From contig PBNY01000069.1 of NCBI GenBank assembly GCA_002723385.1, forward strand, positions 24,331-88,330: a stretch of 64,000 nucleotides of DNA. The letters are read 5' to 3'. Shown here in pieces: positions 20,201 through 29,234 of the stretch. A program made the position numbers and the translations under genes. Numbering within the stretch: position 1 is the stretch's first letter; the number at the start of each line of letters is the position of its first letter. This DNA is from Oceanospirillaceae bacterium. Lineage in GTDB: Bacteria; Pseudomonadota; Gammaproteobacteria; Pseudomonadales; Oceanobacteraceae. Under the pieces are notes generated by a model that was not told where the DNA came from, did not search any database, and was given only the letters and a program-made list of their open reading frames with translations.

Positions 20201-20774
20201 CGTGAAAGAAAGAAGAGGTGCTGGTTATGTACCTCAGCGGGCTCTGGGGGAAACCTATCCTCTGTCTCGCCGCTTCCTTGAATTTGCGGCTCGTGCCAAG
20301 GATGCCAAACAAGCCAAGCAGGAAACCTACAAGGTTGATGTGCGTGGCATGCCGACCAGCACCAACCTGGACGCCAAGTACCATGTACGCCAAACCAAAC
20401 TGGAGTTGAGATGCGCTGAGCAGGTGGTCGAGCTGACCAACCTCAACTTCCCGGTTACGCGTAATTTTGCCTGGAATACCGCGTGTAGCGACGTGACTTT
20501 GAGCATTGAAGTGGGTCGCTTCACACTGGAAAAACGCTACGAAGGGCCGCTGGGCTTCCCATATTTCCTGAAAGAATTTGCGACTGGACAAAAACGCTTC
20601 ACACCATCGGACTTCCCTTCCAGAGCCGAGCAATTGAGAGAGTCGGGGGTCAGCTATATGGAAGTGGAATATCGTATTTCGGGTCAGGAAGCCTTGCTGT
20701 CTTCGCTGGACAATCGGGACTTGATTGTTCCCGACAAGGTGACGTCCTGCTGGCCTGCGGGCCGAGGCATCTGA
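17286..20774 (+). CDS. tssM: T6SS membrane-complex subunit TssM (IcmF family)
   Basis: 1162 aa with a GTG start, N-terminal TM helices and a Walker A (VIGHQQTGKTFAL). The long periplasmic C-terminal region and the position after tssL fit TssM. Confidence 0.9.
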   Translation: MKTFFKILLWLLVWSLIAAACVGGALFTGNTIEFGLKILAGIFIAYISFLLIRKAIIHYRAKKKVESLINVAEPEQKKRKLELWKQSTGLDKNFKALVKMLNSSYLKVHGEPLYVLPWYLVIGHQQTGKTFALDQANLPKPTIENDVLSRKVGSINWHLYNQAIAVDTPGEFLADVEGSRNEEWLKLLSLLKKHRNKEPINGVIVTLPMDVLLEGNSQKLIEMGTQARKNLEQLIQVLHIQVPIYLMVTKLDALPGVPEWIGTLDQASFRDPMGKVNLKEQGPEEFVQQTVTSLAERLKQLQLTALQQGQASPDLIRLPTRFEALERHLVTYANSIFQQNPYQKTPLFRGMYFVGEAVGVELQTDSEGRGLFSHRFLTDIVPAERGLISSLARSERVENTRKLGRVAAWYLVSAGVFAALYSSYRGNQGILEQMTDQNAGNFEESVALEQNINTLYDYRSMVNQLSDSSWSPWFGVSADEPAFIGQLQGIFAERVQSRLVSKADQVFSSAMTSALYADSDVSEEEIVAFISTLVRRINILDAYMDGASESSLSDMPLPYSESDADLFGVRDVATVDKLNNLYLQSLFWTADQGLLKQELKLMEDQLRTILIKSKALANWLIPWANGVAESEEQRVSDFWIAGSGSMKKDALISGAFTREGKQAIDSFIEQIRETRRYDDILNEILPGFQASYQKQYLKQWENFALNFFSGSQKLRGRNEWLTVVNNLSTGRNIFFNALDLIDEQIEPYKDAENLPDWAQMVAYYQDMRAFGPDEKTDNGKQDKVLAKMAIQVVGKAGPVGKALAGGAKSGMKSKKKLDKAAGKSGPSADERQMQLEQAGKLLGEYRQALSSFVYSAETRSVSYSAISALYSKPDQPDSGESSLALGYKSLKQLQALVGKENRENRAFWSLYKGALNLMREYMMAESACEVQENWENNFLANLEGVPDYKLPELAFGDSGLLWTTLSTDMAPFVKERRGAGYVPQRALGETYPLSRRFLEFAARAKDAKQAKQETYKVDVRGMPTSTNLDAKYHVRQTKLELRCAEQVVELTNLNFPVTRNFAWNTACSDVTLSIEVGRFTLEKRYEGPLGFPYFLKEFATGQKRFTPSDFPSRAEQLRESGVSYMEVEYRISGQEALLSSLDNRDLIVPDKVTSCWPAGRGI

Positions 20775-20784
20775 AGATGACGCT

Positions 20785-22509
20785 ATGATGCAAAATAACG
20801 GTGCTCATTTTTGGGATAAGTTCGACTTCAGTTATCAGGCGCAAGGCTCTGATACGGAGTTGCATTTACCGCTGAAACTACTGTTGCTTGGCGATTTTTC
20901 AGGCAGCAACGATTTTGAGCTTTCAACGTCGCCCATACCGGTTTCCATTGATGCAAGCAGTTTTGATCGTGTGCTGGCATCGCACGCTATTTCTCTGTCT
21001 TTGGAAGTTGCCCAGCCAGCAGACAATTCCGGTCTCAGCTTTGAGCTGATGGAAATCCCGCTGAATGGTCTGTCTGACTTCGAGCCAGCACAGCTGGTTC
21101 AGAATGTCCCTTATCTGAATTTGCATTTGTCGCTGATTCGAGAGCTACAGGCAGCAGATGATGCCGTGGAGTGCAGTGCGTTGTCCGATGCCGCTCGGCA
21201 GTTGCTGCAGCGATGCGGCGTTGATGTCGAGACCATCAGCCTGGTTGAACGCGATTTTATTTGTATGGACATCAATGAGCATTTGCATCAGATGCTGGAT
21301 GGCGTTTTGCAAGATGACCAGTTCCAGCACCTGGAGGCACTCTGGCGCAGCGTTTGGCAAGTGTGTCAGGTGGCCGATGCCTATGACGATTGTCATGTCG
21401 ATTTGCTGGATGTCAGCAAGGCGGCATTGAACGATGACTTTGTCGCCAACCGGGATGTGAGAGAAAGTCTGCTGTTTGACGTCGTCTATTTCAGCGAATT
21501 TGCCCAGTATGGTGGGCAGCCCTACGGCGCCATCGTAGCGGACTATGAATTTGGTCATGGCACGGAAGATGTGCAGCTCTTGCGTTCCATCGCCCAGGTT
21601 GGTTATGCCGCACACGTCCCCTTTATCTCGGGGGCCAGCCCACAGTTCTTTGGCCGTGAAGACTTCAGCGACATGGGTACCGGGTTGGATCTTCAGGAAC
21701 AGTTATCCGGGCCAAGGTATATCAAGTGGCGAAATCTGCTACAGGAGTCCTGGGCCAATTATCTGGCACTGGCTCTTCCGCGGATACTGGTTCGCCAACG
21801 TTATGACTACCCGGCGGGTCATATTGGACTATTGCCTTATCGCGAAGGTTCGTCACTGTCGTCTGGCAAAAGTCTGTTGGGCAATGCCGCATTTGGTTTC
21901 GCCCAATGCTTGTTGAACAGTTTTGGCGAGTTGGGGATTTGCACACGCATTGCCGGTGAGACGGGCGGTCAAACCGATACCCCTTTTTCCGAAGCGCCAT
22001 CTTACGGACGTTACCCGGTAGAGACGCGTTTCAGTGAACGCAAGATATCAGAGCTTGTACTGCAAGGTTTTTTACCTCTGACGGTGAACGCGGCTTCTGG
22101 CCAGTTGTACTTTCCGGTGGCCTATTCCCTCCGATGGGGTGGTCTGCATCAGCCTGGTTGGCAAATAAATGATTCCTTTTTTGATTCACAAGTCGAAGCC
22201 CAGCTGCCCTATTTGTTTGTAGTGGCGCGCATTGCTCACTATCTGAAAGTGGTTCAACGCGAATCACTCGGTAGTCTGCAAAGCACCAGCGAGCTGGAAA
22301 CCGAATTGAATCGCTGGCTGCGCCGTTACATCTCGGATGTGGATAACCCGGCCCCCGGAATTCGTATGCGCAAGCCTCTGCGTCAGGCGGAGCTGCGCGT
22401 GCTTGAAGATAGTGAGCGTGGTGGGCTGCACATGCAGCTGTCGGTGACCCCTCATATGAAGTTTCAGGGACAGGATTTCACCCTGGCACTCAATTTACTG
22501 GCTGAATAG
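20785..22509 (+). CDS. Natural TssB-TssC fusion (single-chain sheath-like paralogue)
   Basis: 574 aa. Residues ~11-125 align by eye with the cluster's own TssB: DKFDFSYQ..HLPLKLLLLGDFSG..VSIDASSFDRVLAS..DFEPAQLVQNVPYL against ERVNISYK..ELPFKALILGDFTQ..VSINRNNFDEVLAS..DFTPDSLVESVPEL. Residues ~155-574 align with TssC ~62-484: QDDQFQHLEALWRSV, EFAQYGGQPYGAIVADYEF, QLPYLFVVARIAHYLKVVQRESLGS, VTPHMKFQGQDFTLAL. Confidence 0.85.
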   Translation: MMQNNGAHFWDKFDFSYQAQGSDTELHLPLKLLLLGDFSGSNDFELSTSPIPVSIDASSFDRVLASHAISLSLEVAQPADNSGLSFELMEIPLNGLSDFEPAQLVQNVPYLNLHLSLIRELQAADDAVECSALSDAARQLLQRCGVDVETISLVERDFICMDINEHLHQMLDGVLQDDQFQHLEALWRSVWQVCQVADAYDDCHVDLLDVSKAALNDDFVANRDVRESLLFDVVYFSEFAQYGGQPYGAIVADYEFGHGTEDVQLLRSIAQVGYAAHVPFISGASPQFFGREDFSDMGTGLDLQEQLSGPRYIKWRNLLQESWANYLALALPRILVRQRYDYPAGHIGLLPYREGSSLSSGKSLLGNAAFGFAQCLLNSFGELGICTRIAGETGGQTDTPFSEAPSYGRYPVETRFSERKISELVLQGFLPLTVNAASGQLYFPVAYSLRWGGLHQPGWQINDSFFDSQVEAQLPYLFVVARIAHYLKVVQRESLGSLQSTSELETELNRWLRRYISDVDNPAPGIRMRKPLRQAELRVLEDSERGGLHMQLSVTPHMKFQGQDFTLALNLLAE

Positions 22510-22528
22510 CCGGTAGGAGAAGAATGAT

Positions 22529-23020
22529 ATGGCACTCGTGGGTTTCATGACGGTAACAGGCCGTGATCAGGGCAACATCGAGGGGAATGCGACTCAGGTC
22601 GACCACGAAGGTGAAATCGAGCTGTTGAAATTCGAGCATCTGTTAGAAGTGCCGGGAGTTGACGGTCAGGCCAGCCCGGGAGCACCGGTGCACGGGGCGA
22701 TTCAGATTAACAAGCTGATCGACAAGAGCAGTCCGAAGCTGATCCAGGCACTTGAGAAGCGGGAAGTACTGTCGGATGTCGTCATGACATGGTACCGCCC
22801 AGCGAGCGCAGGAATGGCCGAGCGTTGTTATCAGATTCAGCTTCAGAATGCCTTGATCACACGAATTCGGGGCTGGATGCCGCATATGTTGGACAGCACT
22901 CAGGATGAATATCGTCTGATGGAAGACATTTCGATCAGTTACGAAAAAATCCTCTGGAGCTGGGGAGAAGACGGCGAAGTGGAGTTTGAAGCCGAAGCTC
23001 GTGGCGCGGAGTCTGTCTGA
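22529..23020 (+). CDS. hcp: T6SS tube protein Hcp (TssD), paralogue 2
   Basis: 163 aa. The Hcp motif QINKLIDKSSPKLIQAL and CYQIQLQNALITRI are present. It is only distantly similar to Hcp1 outside these blocks. Confidence 0.85.
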   Translation: MALVGFMTVTGRDQGNIEGNATQVDHEGEIELLKFEHLLEVPGVDGQASPGAPVHGAIQINKLIDKSSPKLIQALEKREVLSDVVMTWYRPASAGMAERCYQIQLQNALITRIRGWMPHMLDSTQDEYRLMEDISISYEKILWSWGEDGEVEFEAEARGAESV

Positions 23021-23448
23021 TGACGTCTCGAATGCTGGAGCGACTCGCCACTCTCGATCTGTCGGATGATCAGATACGGGTCTGGCATCAACAGGATCAG
23101 GCGCTGATGTCGATCAGAAATCACCTGAGTTCGTTACTGAACACTCGAGCGGGTAGCGTACCAATTGATCCCGAATATGGCGTGCCGGATATGTCGGTTG
23201 GTCCAGGTAGCAGTGAGTTTCCGAATGCAGATGTGATGGCTCAGGCGCTGTTGGCTGTGGTGGCCAGATACGAGCAGCGTTTGAACAAGCCGCGGCTACA
23301 GATAGTGTTGAGCCATGCCGATAACATTTCGACCCGGTTAATTCTGGATGGTGAGATTGAAGATGGTGGTGCCATGCGAGCAATCAGCTTGCAGGCCACC
23401 ATTGGGGGCGATGGTGTGGTTGAATTTGATCCGATTGAGCAGGGCTGA
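23020..23448 (+). CDS. tssE: T6SS baseplate subunit TssE (gp25-like)
   Basis: 142 aa. SIRNHLSSLLNTRAGSVPIDPEYGVPDMS matches the TssE/GPW_gp25 signature. Its ATG overlaps the hcp2 TGA by 1 nt. Confidence 0.8.
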   Translation: MTSRMLERLATLDLSDDQIRVWHQQDQALMSIRNHLSSLLNTRAGSVPIDPEYGVPDMSVGPGSSEFPNADVMAQALLAVVARYEQRLNKPRLQIVLSHADNISTRLILDGEIEDGGAMRAISLQATIGGDGVVEFDPIEQG

Positions 23449-23450
23449 CC

Positions 23451-25175
23451 GTGTTAACTGATTACTACAAACAAGAACTGCGCCGGCTGAAAGAAATAGC
23501 GGCTGACTTTTCTCGCGGTAATCCGGGATTGAGTCGGGCTTTGTCCGGAGAAAGCGCCGACCCCGATGTGGCCCGAGTATTGGAAGGGGTTGCATTTCTG
23601 TCTGCCAACATCCGTCAGGAGCTGGATCAGCAATTCCCCCGTTTGCTGCACAGTCTGGCCCAGATCGTGTGTCCCCAGTACATTCGACCGTTGCCATCCA
23701 CGACTATCATGGCTTTCGAACCGAAAGGTAGCCTTAATCAGTCCTTGACTGTCGAGGCTGGTACCTACATCGATTCCAGACCCGATAAATACGGCAGTTG
23801 CCGTTTCCGAACGACGGAAGAGCTGACCATCCTGCCGATGCAATTAAGTCGGGTGGTGACACTGGAAGAAACCCTGGTTCCCGAACTGGCATTTGAGTTG
23901 CGGTTTGAGCTGGTGGGACAAACCCTTGACCAGTTACCGTTTGACAAGTTGCGCCTGTATATCGGTGGTGAGTTTTCGGATGCCTGCGATCTTTACTATC
24001 TGATTCGTCATCAGCTCAAGGCTTTGATGCTGGTCGCGAACGGAGAAATTTCTTTACCCGTCGGCTCTGTACAGGGAACCGGTTTTGCCCCGGATCAAAG
24101 TCTGTTTGGCCAGCCTCTGGGGCTGATGCCCGCCTTCGATTTGTTGCAACAGTATTTTCTCAGTCCGCAGAAGTTCTTGTTTATTGATATTGACCTGACT
24201 TCCTGGCGCCACCGCGGAGCCGGGAATCAGTTCGCATTGAGATTCCAGTGCAACAAGCCCAATTTCAGTGTACCAACCCTGACACAAGAGCATTTTATTT
24301 TGCACGCAGTGCCCGCCATCAATCTGTTTGAGCACAAGGCACAGTCGGTGTTGCTTGATCCCTTACAGGAGAGTTTTCAGCTCTTGCCTGCTGTCAGTGC
24401 CTACGCACAGAACTCGGTCATTTACTCCGTTGAGGGCGTCGAAAGTGTTGCGCGTGGCATGGATACCCCGAGGGAATATCAGTCATTCGGTGGATTTGGG
24501 GAATCGGATGACCGTGCGGTCTATGAAACGCTTTACCTGAATGGACAAGATCCCAATAACCCGGATCTGTATTTGAAGTTGGCGTTCCCGGCTTCACAGA
24601 CCCTGGAAGACAAGGAAATTCTCAAGGCCGAGCTGCTCTGTACCAATGGTGATAAAGCAGAAACCCTGCTTCCGGGAGACATTTGTATAGCAACCAGCTC
24701 AACGCCGGAATTGGCAACGTTCCAGAATATTACCAAGCCCACCTCTGCACGCCGCGTACCTCTGGATGGTGATCAACTTTGGCAGCTGGTATCGCATTTG
24801 TCGCTCAACTATCTGTCCATTACGAACGCAGAAACCCTCAAGGGAATGCTCGGGCTGTACGTTGCGCCAGACAACAAGGAGAAAAGTGAGCGCCTTGCCA
24901 ATACCAAGAAAATTGATTCCATTACCGATGTCAGTGTTAGTCAGAGTGAAGCTTTGTTTGGCAACGCTTTTGTGCACGGCCAACACGTTCAGGTTCAGCT
25001 GAAGTCCGAATACTTCTCCAGTGCTGGTGACAAGTATCTGTTTGGCTGCGTGCTGGAGCAGTTCTTTGCCGGAACGGCCGCCATCAATGTGTATTCGGAA
25101 CTGACCTTTGAAGACCATAACAGTGGAGAGCGCCTGCAATGGCCAGCGCGGATAGGCAACCGACCACTGCAGTAG
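23451..25175 (+). CDS. tssF: T6SS baseplate subunit TssF
   Basis: 574 aa with a GTG start. The N-terminal YYKQELRRLKEIAADFSRGNPGLSRAL is typical of TssF. Confidence 0.9.
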   Translation: MLTDYYKQELRRLKEIAADFSRGNPGLSRALSGESADPDVARVLEGVAFLSANIRQELDQQFPRLLHSLAQIVCPQYIRPLPSTTIMAFEPKGSLNQSLTVEAGTYIDSRPDKYGSCRFRTTEELTILPMQLSRVVTLEETLVPELAFELRFELVGQTLDQLPFDKLRLYIGGEFSDACDLYYLIRHQLKALMLVANGEISLPVGSVQGTGFAPDQSLFGQPLGLMPAFDLLQQYFLSPQKFLFIDIDLTSWRHRGAGNQFALRFQCNKPNFSVPTLTQEHFILHAVPAINLFEHKAQSVLLDPLQESFQLLPAVSAYAQNSVIYSVEGVESVARGMDTPREYQSFGGFGESDDRAVYETLYLNGQDPNNPDLYLKLAFPASQTLEDKEILKAELLCTNGDKAETLLPGDICIATSSTPELATFQNITKPTSARRVPLDGDQLWQLVSHLSLNYLSITNAETLKGMLGLYVAPDNKEKSERLANTKKIDSITDVSVSQSEALFGNAFVHGQHVQVQLKSEYFSSAGDKYLFGCVLEQFFAGTAAINVYSELTFEDHNSGERLQWPARIGNRPLQ

Positions 25176-26131
25176 AACGACAGCTGCTGGATGATGCGTC
25201 CTTATGGCCGTTCAGTCGGGTATTGGGTGCACTGACCGCTATTGTAAAAGCCCGGGGTGGTGATCCCGAGCAGTTGATTCGTATTCGACCGAAACTGTCG
25301 TTGCATCAGCACCGTTCGGAAGTGGTGAGCGTTCGGCATCGAGACGGCGAATACTATGAGATCGAGGTGAATTTCCTCGGCTTGTACGGCAGTTCTTCAC
25401 CATTACCGACCTTCTACACCGAAGAACTGTTGCAACTGGAACAAGAAGATCAGGTTTCGGCCCGGCTGTTTCTGGATGTGATTCATCAGCGTCTCTATCA
25501 GCTGTTCGCTTCCAGTCAGCAGAAATACGACAATCTTCGTGCTGCCGTTGAATGGCACCAGAACCAGTTCAGCCAACTGCTGCACAGTTTGATCGGAACG
25601 CGAGACAGGGAACTGCAGCAACAATTGCCAGATGAATCCCTGCTGCTGAAATACTTTGGTTTGCTGGCACTGCCTCAACGTTCTGCTCAAGGGCTGGAAT
25701 CACTGCTGGCTGATCTTCTATCGGGCGTTCAGGTAGAGGTTGAGCAATGCGTTGCTCGCAAGGTCAAAGTGCCTGCTCGACATTTGAGCAGCCTGGGTAT
25801 GGCTTCCTGTACTCTGGGTAACAACGCGCTGGTGGGTGATCAGCTTACTGATCGGAAAAGCAAGATTCGAATACACATTGGGCCGATTGAAGCCGACACT
25901 TTTCATCAGATGGTAGCGGATGAGACGCGTTGGCGACAACTTACCGGCTTCATTCGCTTTTATCTGAACACGCCTATGGAAGTTGAGCTGCGTGTCATCC
26001 TGAATCCGCAAGGAGCACAAAAAATGGAGTTGGGACGAGCTCGAGGTTCTCAGCTCGGCGTTGATACCTGGTTGAACAAACCGGTATCAGATGGCAACGA
26101 TGTATTGGTTAGCACATTACATGTTGGCTAG
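25139..26131 (+). CDS. tssG: T6SS baseplate subunit TssG
   Basis: 330 aa following tssF with a 37-nt overlap, so the start is uncertain. Length, position and the conserved FYTEELL/LxxYF-type blocks fit TssG. Confidence 0.8.
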   Translation: MASADRQPTTAVERQLLDDASLWPFSRVLGALTAIVKARGGDPEQLIRIRPKLSLHQHRSEVVSVRHRDGEYYEIEVNFLGLYGSSSPLPTFYTEELLQLEQEDQVSARLFLDVIHQRLYQLFASSQQKYDNLRAAVEWHQNQFSQLLHSLIGTRDRELQQQLPDESLLLKYFGLLALPQRSAQGLESLLADLLSGVQVEVEQCVARKVKVPARHLSSLGMASCTLGNNALVGDQLTDRKSKIRIHIGPIEADTFHQMVADETRWRQLTGFIRFYLNTPMEVELRVILNPQGAQKMELGRARGSQLGVDTWLNKPVSDGNDVLVSTLHVG

Positions 26132-26236
26132 GGGCGTTTTCAATTGGTGAATCGCCCCTGGAAAAACACGAGGGGTTGCTGAGGTATTAATCATCAGCAG
26201 CCAACGTATGGCGAAGTGGCATAAGGGTAAAGACAC

Positions 26237-29227
26237 ATGAGCGAACAGATAGCATTTACCTTCGCTTTGGCGGGTGCCCAAAAAGACGAAGTGTTTCAGG
26301 TTTTGACGTTCACGGGTGATGAAGGTATCTCACGCCTGTACGAATTCAATATTGAGTTGTTGTCAGATAACCCGGATGCCGATATTGATGCCATTCTGCA
26401 GCAACCAGCCACACTGACCCTGACTCAGGGAGACGATGTTCGTGTGATCCAGGGCATCGTTTCGCATTTTGACGCTGTGCGTCAAATCAACAATCAGGTG
26501 CTTTACAAGGCTCGCCTGGTACCCCGTTTGTGGGAGCTGTCGCTCTACCATACCAATGAAGTCTACCTGGAGATGACGGTTCCGGAGATCATCGAGGCGG
26601 TACTGACGGAGGGCGGTTTTGAAAGCGTCGATTACGACCTTTCCGATCTTCAGAGTGACTACAAAAAATGGGCGTACAAATGCCAGTACGGTGAAACGCA
26701 CCTGGACTTTATCTCGCGTTTGATGGAACGCGATGGCATCTACTACTACTTCACTCGTGGCGAAGTGGGCGAAAAAGTTGTCTTCTGTGATCAGCTCACC
26801 ATGCAGGAATCATTACCCAATGCAGTGGTGCAATACAGTGCGGCATCGTCGCTGGAAATTAACGCCCTGCCAAACACCGTTCATAGCTTTGTCAGTCAGC
26901 AAAAGCGCCTGCCCTACCGCGTGATGCTGAAGGACTACAACGATGACAAACCATCGGTTGACGTCAAGGGTGAAGCCATCATCGACGACAGCGCCAACAA
27001 GAGCAGTGAGATTTACGTTTGGGGCCAGAATATTGAAACCCCGGAAGAAGGCGAACAACTGGCGCTAATCCGGGCAGAACAGATTCGCGCTGGCAAGAAA
27101 CTGTTCCATGGCGAAAGCTCGGTTAACCGACTGATCCCCGGTTACTTCTTTACTCTTCAAGGGCATTTCCGCGGTGCCTGCAATCAGGATTACTGTCTGC
27201 TTGGATTGCATCATGAAGGCACCGACCGGCGTCTGATTGACGGCGGTAACAGCAGCCAGGCGCTGGCCTACCGAAATGAACTCAGTGCCCAGCCAGCTGA
27301 CGTGCAATATCGCCCAGCCCTTGAGACCCCGCGCCCGGAAATTCACGGTGTATTGAATGCCTACGTCGATTCCGAAGGTGACGGCCACTATGCAGAAATC
27401 GATGAAGAAGGGCGCTACCGAATCCTGCTGCCATTTGACCGTGTTGATCGCGACGGCGGCAAGGCATCACATTGGATTCGGATGAGCCAGCCATTCGCGG
27501 GAGAAAATCAGGGGATGCATTTTCCCTTGCGTAAGGGCACAGAAGTGTTACTTACCTTTGTGGGAGGAGATCCAGATCGTCCGGTGATCGCCGGTTCCAT
27601 GCCAAACGCCGGAGCACCGAGCGTTATCAATGCCGAAAACCATACCAACAGTTTGATTCAGACCAAGGCCGGTAACCGCATTGAGTTGGAAGACAAGGAC
27701 GGTAAGAACCGGATCAAGTTTGAGACTCCTCAAAACGGCACTTATATGCACTTGGGGGCGCCTAACCATGCGGGTGATGGTTGGGTGGTCGTCACCGACG
27801 GTATCGAGCGTAAAGCGATTTCTGGCGGGCAGCAATATACCGTCGTAACCAACAATACAACGGATAAGGATAATAGCCGGGTTGATTTTGGAATTAGTGG
27901 CAAGACAGGAATGGAATCGACAAATACCAAGGCATCTCCTACTGGAACGGTCAATGATGATCCGGTCAACCTTTTTCCCTTCACTACTCGTATTGACGAC
28001 CTGCCCAATATGGGTGCTCTTTCTGCAACCGATATTAGTAAACTGAACGAGTTGGGTAAGCTGAAAACCATATCTTCCTCATCAGGGGCTGGTAATTCTG
28101 GTACAACAACACAAAATGGAGAAACCACAACCTGGGCTACCGGCCCAAGCTTGAGTGCAAGGACCTTATTATCCTACGAAGATGAAATCAGTGGAGATTA
28201 TATAGTCAGTCGTAAAAAGGGGGTGCGTTATGTTTGGGAAGATGGTATTGAATTTAATTATGGACAAGGCTTTGTTTATACGTTTGGCAACTCTCATGAG
28301 GTGACAGTCTGGAATCGGCAAGATACGGGTGCCGGTGCAAAACTTGTTCAGGATATGTTTTCTCGTAACGTTCAGGGGTTAAAGGCGTTTGGAGGAAATC
28401 CGGCGACAACGAACTGGAAAGAAATGATATCAAAAGGAGAATTTGTTGTTAAACAAACCGATACCTTTACGGCTCAGAATGGCAATATTTATGACTTTGG
28501 CGGCTATTGGAACTATAATCTGGGAAACTCTTACGAAGAAAATCATATCGAACAGAATACATCTATAAATCGATCTGATCTTAAAGAAGACAAAGCTTCT
28601 CCAGGTGGACCTGATTGGACATCTTTGACAGGAAAAGATATTGGAAGTATGACGGCTGGAAAAACGTGGGTGACCAAATCTATTGGAAATACCTACGAAT
28701 ATCAGTTGGGAGATACCCTGGAAGTGGTCGTTGGGGACATCGAAATTCAGCACTATGGAAAAAGTTATGGATACTTTGAATCGTACTTTAAAGAGGAGTT
28801 TAGGGGGCGATCGGAATCTTATTTCTATGGAGCTGCTAGTGAAATATTCATTGGTGCATCGAATGATTTGCGTGTTGGCGCAGCTAGTGAAATGAAGCTT
28901 ATAGGTGGTAATAACGTGAATCTCGGAGTTTGGACCGATATAAATATAGGGCTTGCCTTGAATATTAGTAAGGGGTGGACAATCACTTTTGATACTGCAG
29001 GGGAACTAAGGAAAAGCGTTATGACTATGGATAAAGTTGAGACGAAACTCAAGAAAATTAGTGCCGAGTTAGCTAATTCAGACATGAAGATACGTTCGGC
29101 GAAGGCCAAAATCGACGACTTTAAGTCTCAAATAGAGAATGGCAAGGCGTTAGTTGGAAAGTACAAGTTTAAGGTCGAGAAAGACGGAATTGTAGCCATT
29201 AACGCAAAACTCATGAATGTTTCTTGA
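26237..29227 (+). CDS. vgrG: T6SS spike protein VgrG (TssI) with a ~450-500-aa C-terminal extension
   Basis: 996 aa. gp27/gp5 motifs are ISRLYEFNIELLSD, DFISRLMERDGIYYYF and HWIRMSQPFAGENQGMHFPLRKGTEVLLTFVGGDPDRPVIAGSMPN. An extension follows that ends in a Lys-rich coiled coil (KVETKLKKISAELANSDMKIRSAKAKIDDFKSQIENGK). Confidence 0.9.
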   Translation: MSEQIAFTFALAGAQKDEVFQVLTFTGDEGISRLYEFNIELLSDNPDADIDAILQQPATLTLTQGDDVRVIQGIVSHFDAVRQINNQVLYKARLVPRLWELSLYHTNEVYLEMTVPEIIEAVLTEGGFESVDYDLSDLQSDYKKWAYKCQYGETHLDFISRLMERDGIYYYFTRGEVGEKVVFCDQLTMQESLPNAVVQYSAASSLEINALPNTVHSFVSQQKRLPYRVMLKDYNDDKPSVDVKGEAIIDDSANKSSEIYVWGQNIETPEEGEQLALIRAEQIRAGKKLFHGESSVNRLIPGYFFTLQGHFRGACNQDYCLLGLHHEGTDRRLIDGGNSSQALAYRNELSAQPADVQYRPALETPRPEIHGVLNAYVDSEGDGHYAEIDEEGRYRILLPFDRVDRDGGKASHWIRMSQPFAGENQGMHFPLRKGTEVLLTFVGGDPDRPVIAGSMPNAGAPSVINAENHTNSLIQTKAGNRIELEDKDGKNRIKFETPQNGTYMHLGAPNHAGDGWVVVTDGIERKAISGGQQYTVVTNNTTDKDNSRVDFGISGKTGMESTNTKASPTGTVNDDPVNLFPFTTRIDDLPNMGALSATDISKLNELGKLKTISSSSGAGNSGTTTQNGETTTWATGPSLSARTLLSYEDEISGDYIVSRKKGVRYVWEDGIEFNYGQGFVYTFGNSHEVTVWNRQDTGAGAKLVQDMFSRNVQGLKAFGGNPATTNWKEMISKGEFVVKQTDTFTAQNGNIYDFGGYWNYNLGNSYEENHIEQNTSINRSDLKEDKASPGGPDWTSLTGKDIGSMTAGKTWVTKSIGNTYEYQLGDTLEVVVGDIEIQHYGKSYGYFESYFKEEFRGRSESYFYGAASEIFIGASNDLRVGAASEMKLIGGNNVNLGVWTDINIGLALNISKGWTITFDTAGELRKSVMTMDKVETKLKKISAELANSDMKIRSAKAKIDDFKSQIENGKALVGKYKFKVEKDGIVAINAKLMNVS

Positions 29228-29234
29228 GTGAGCA

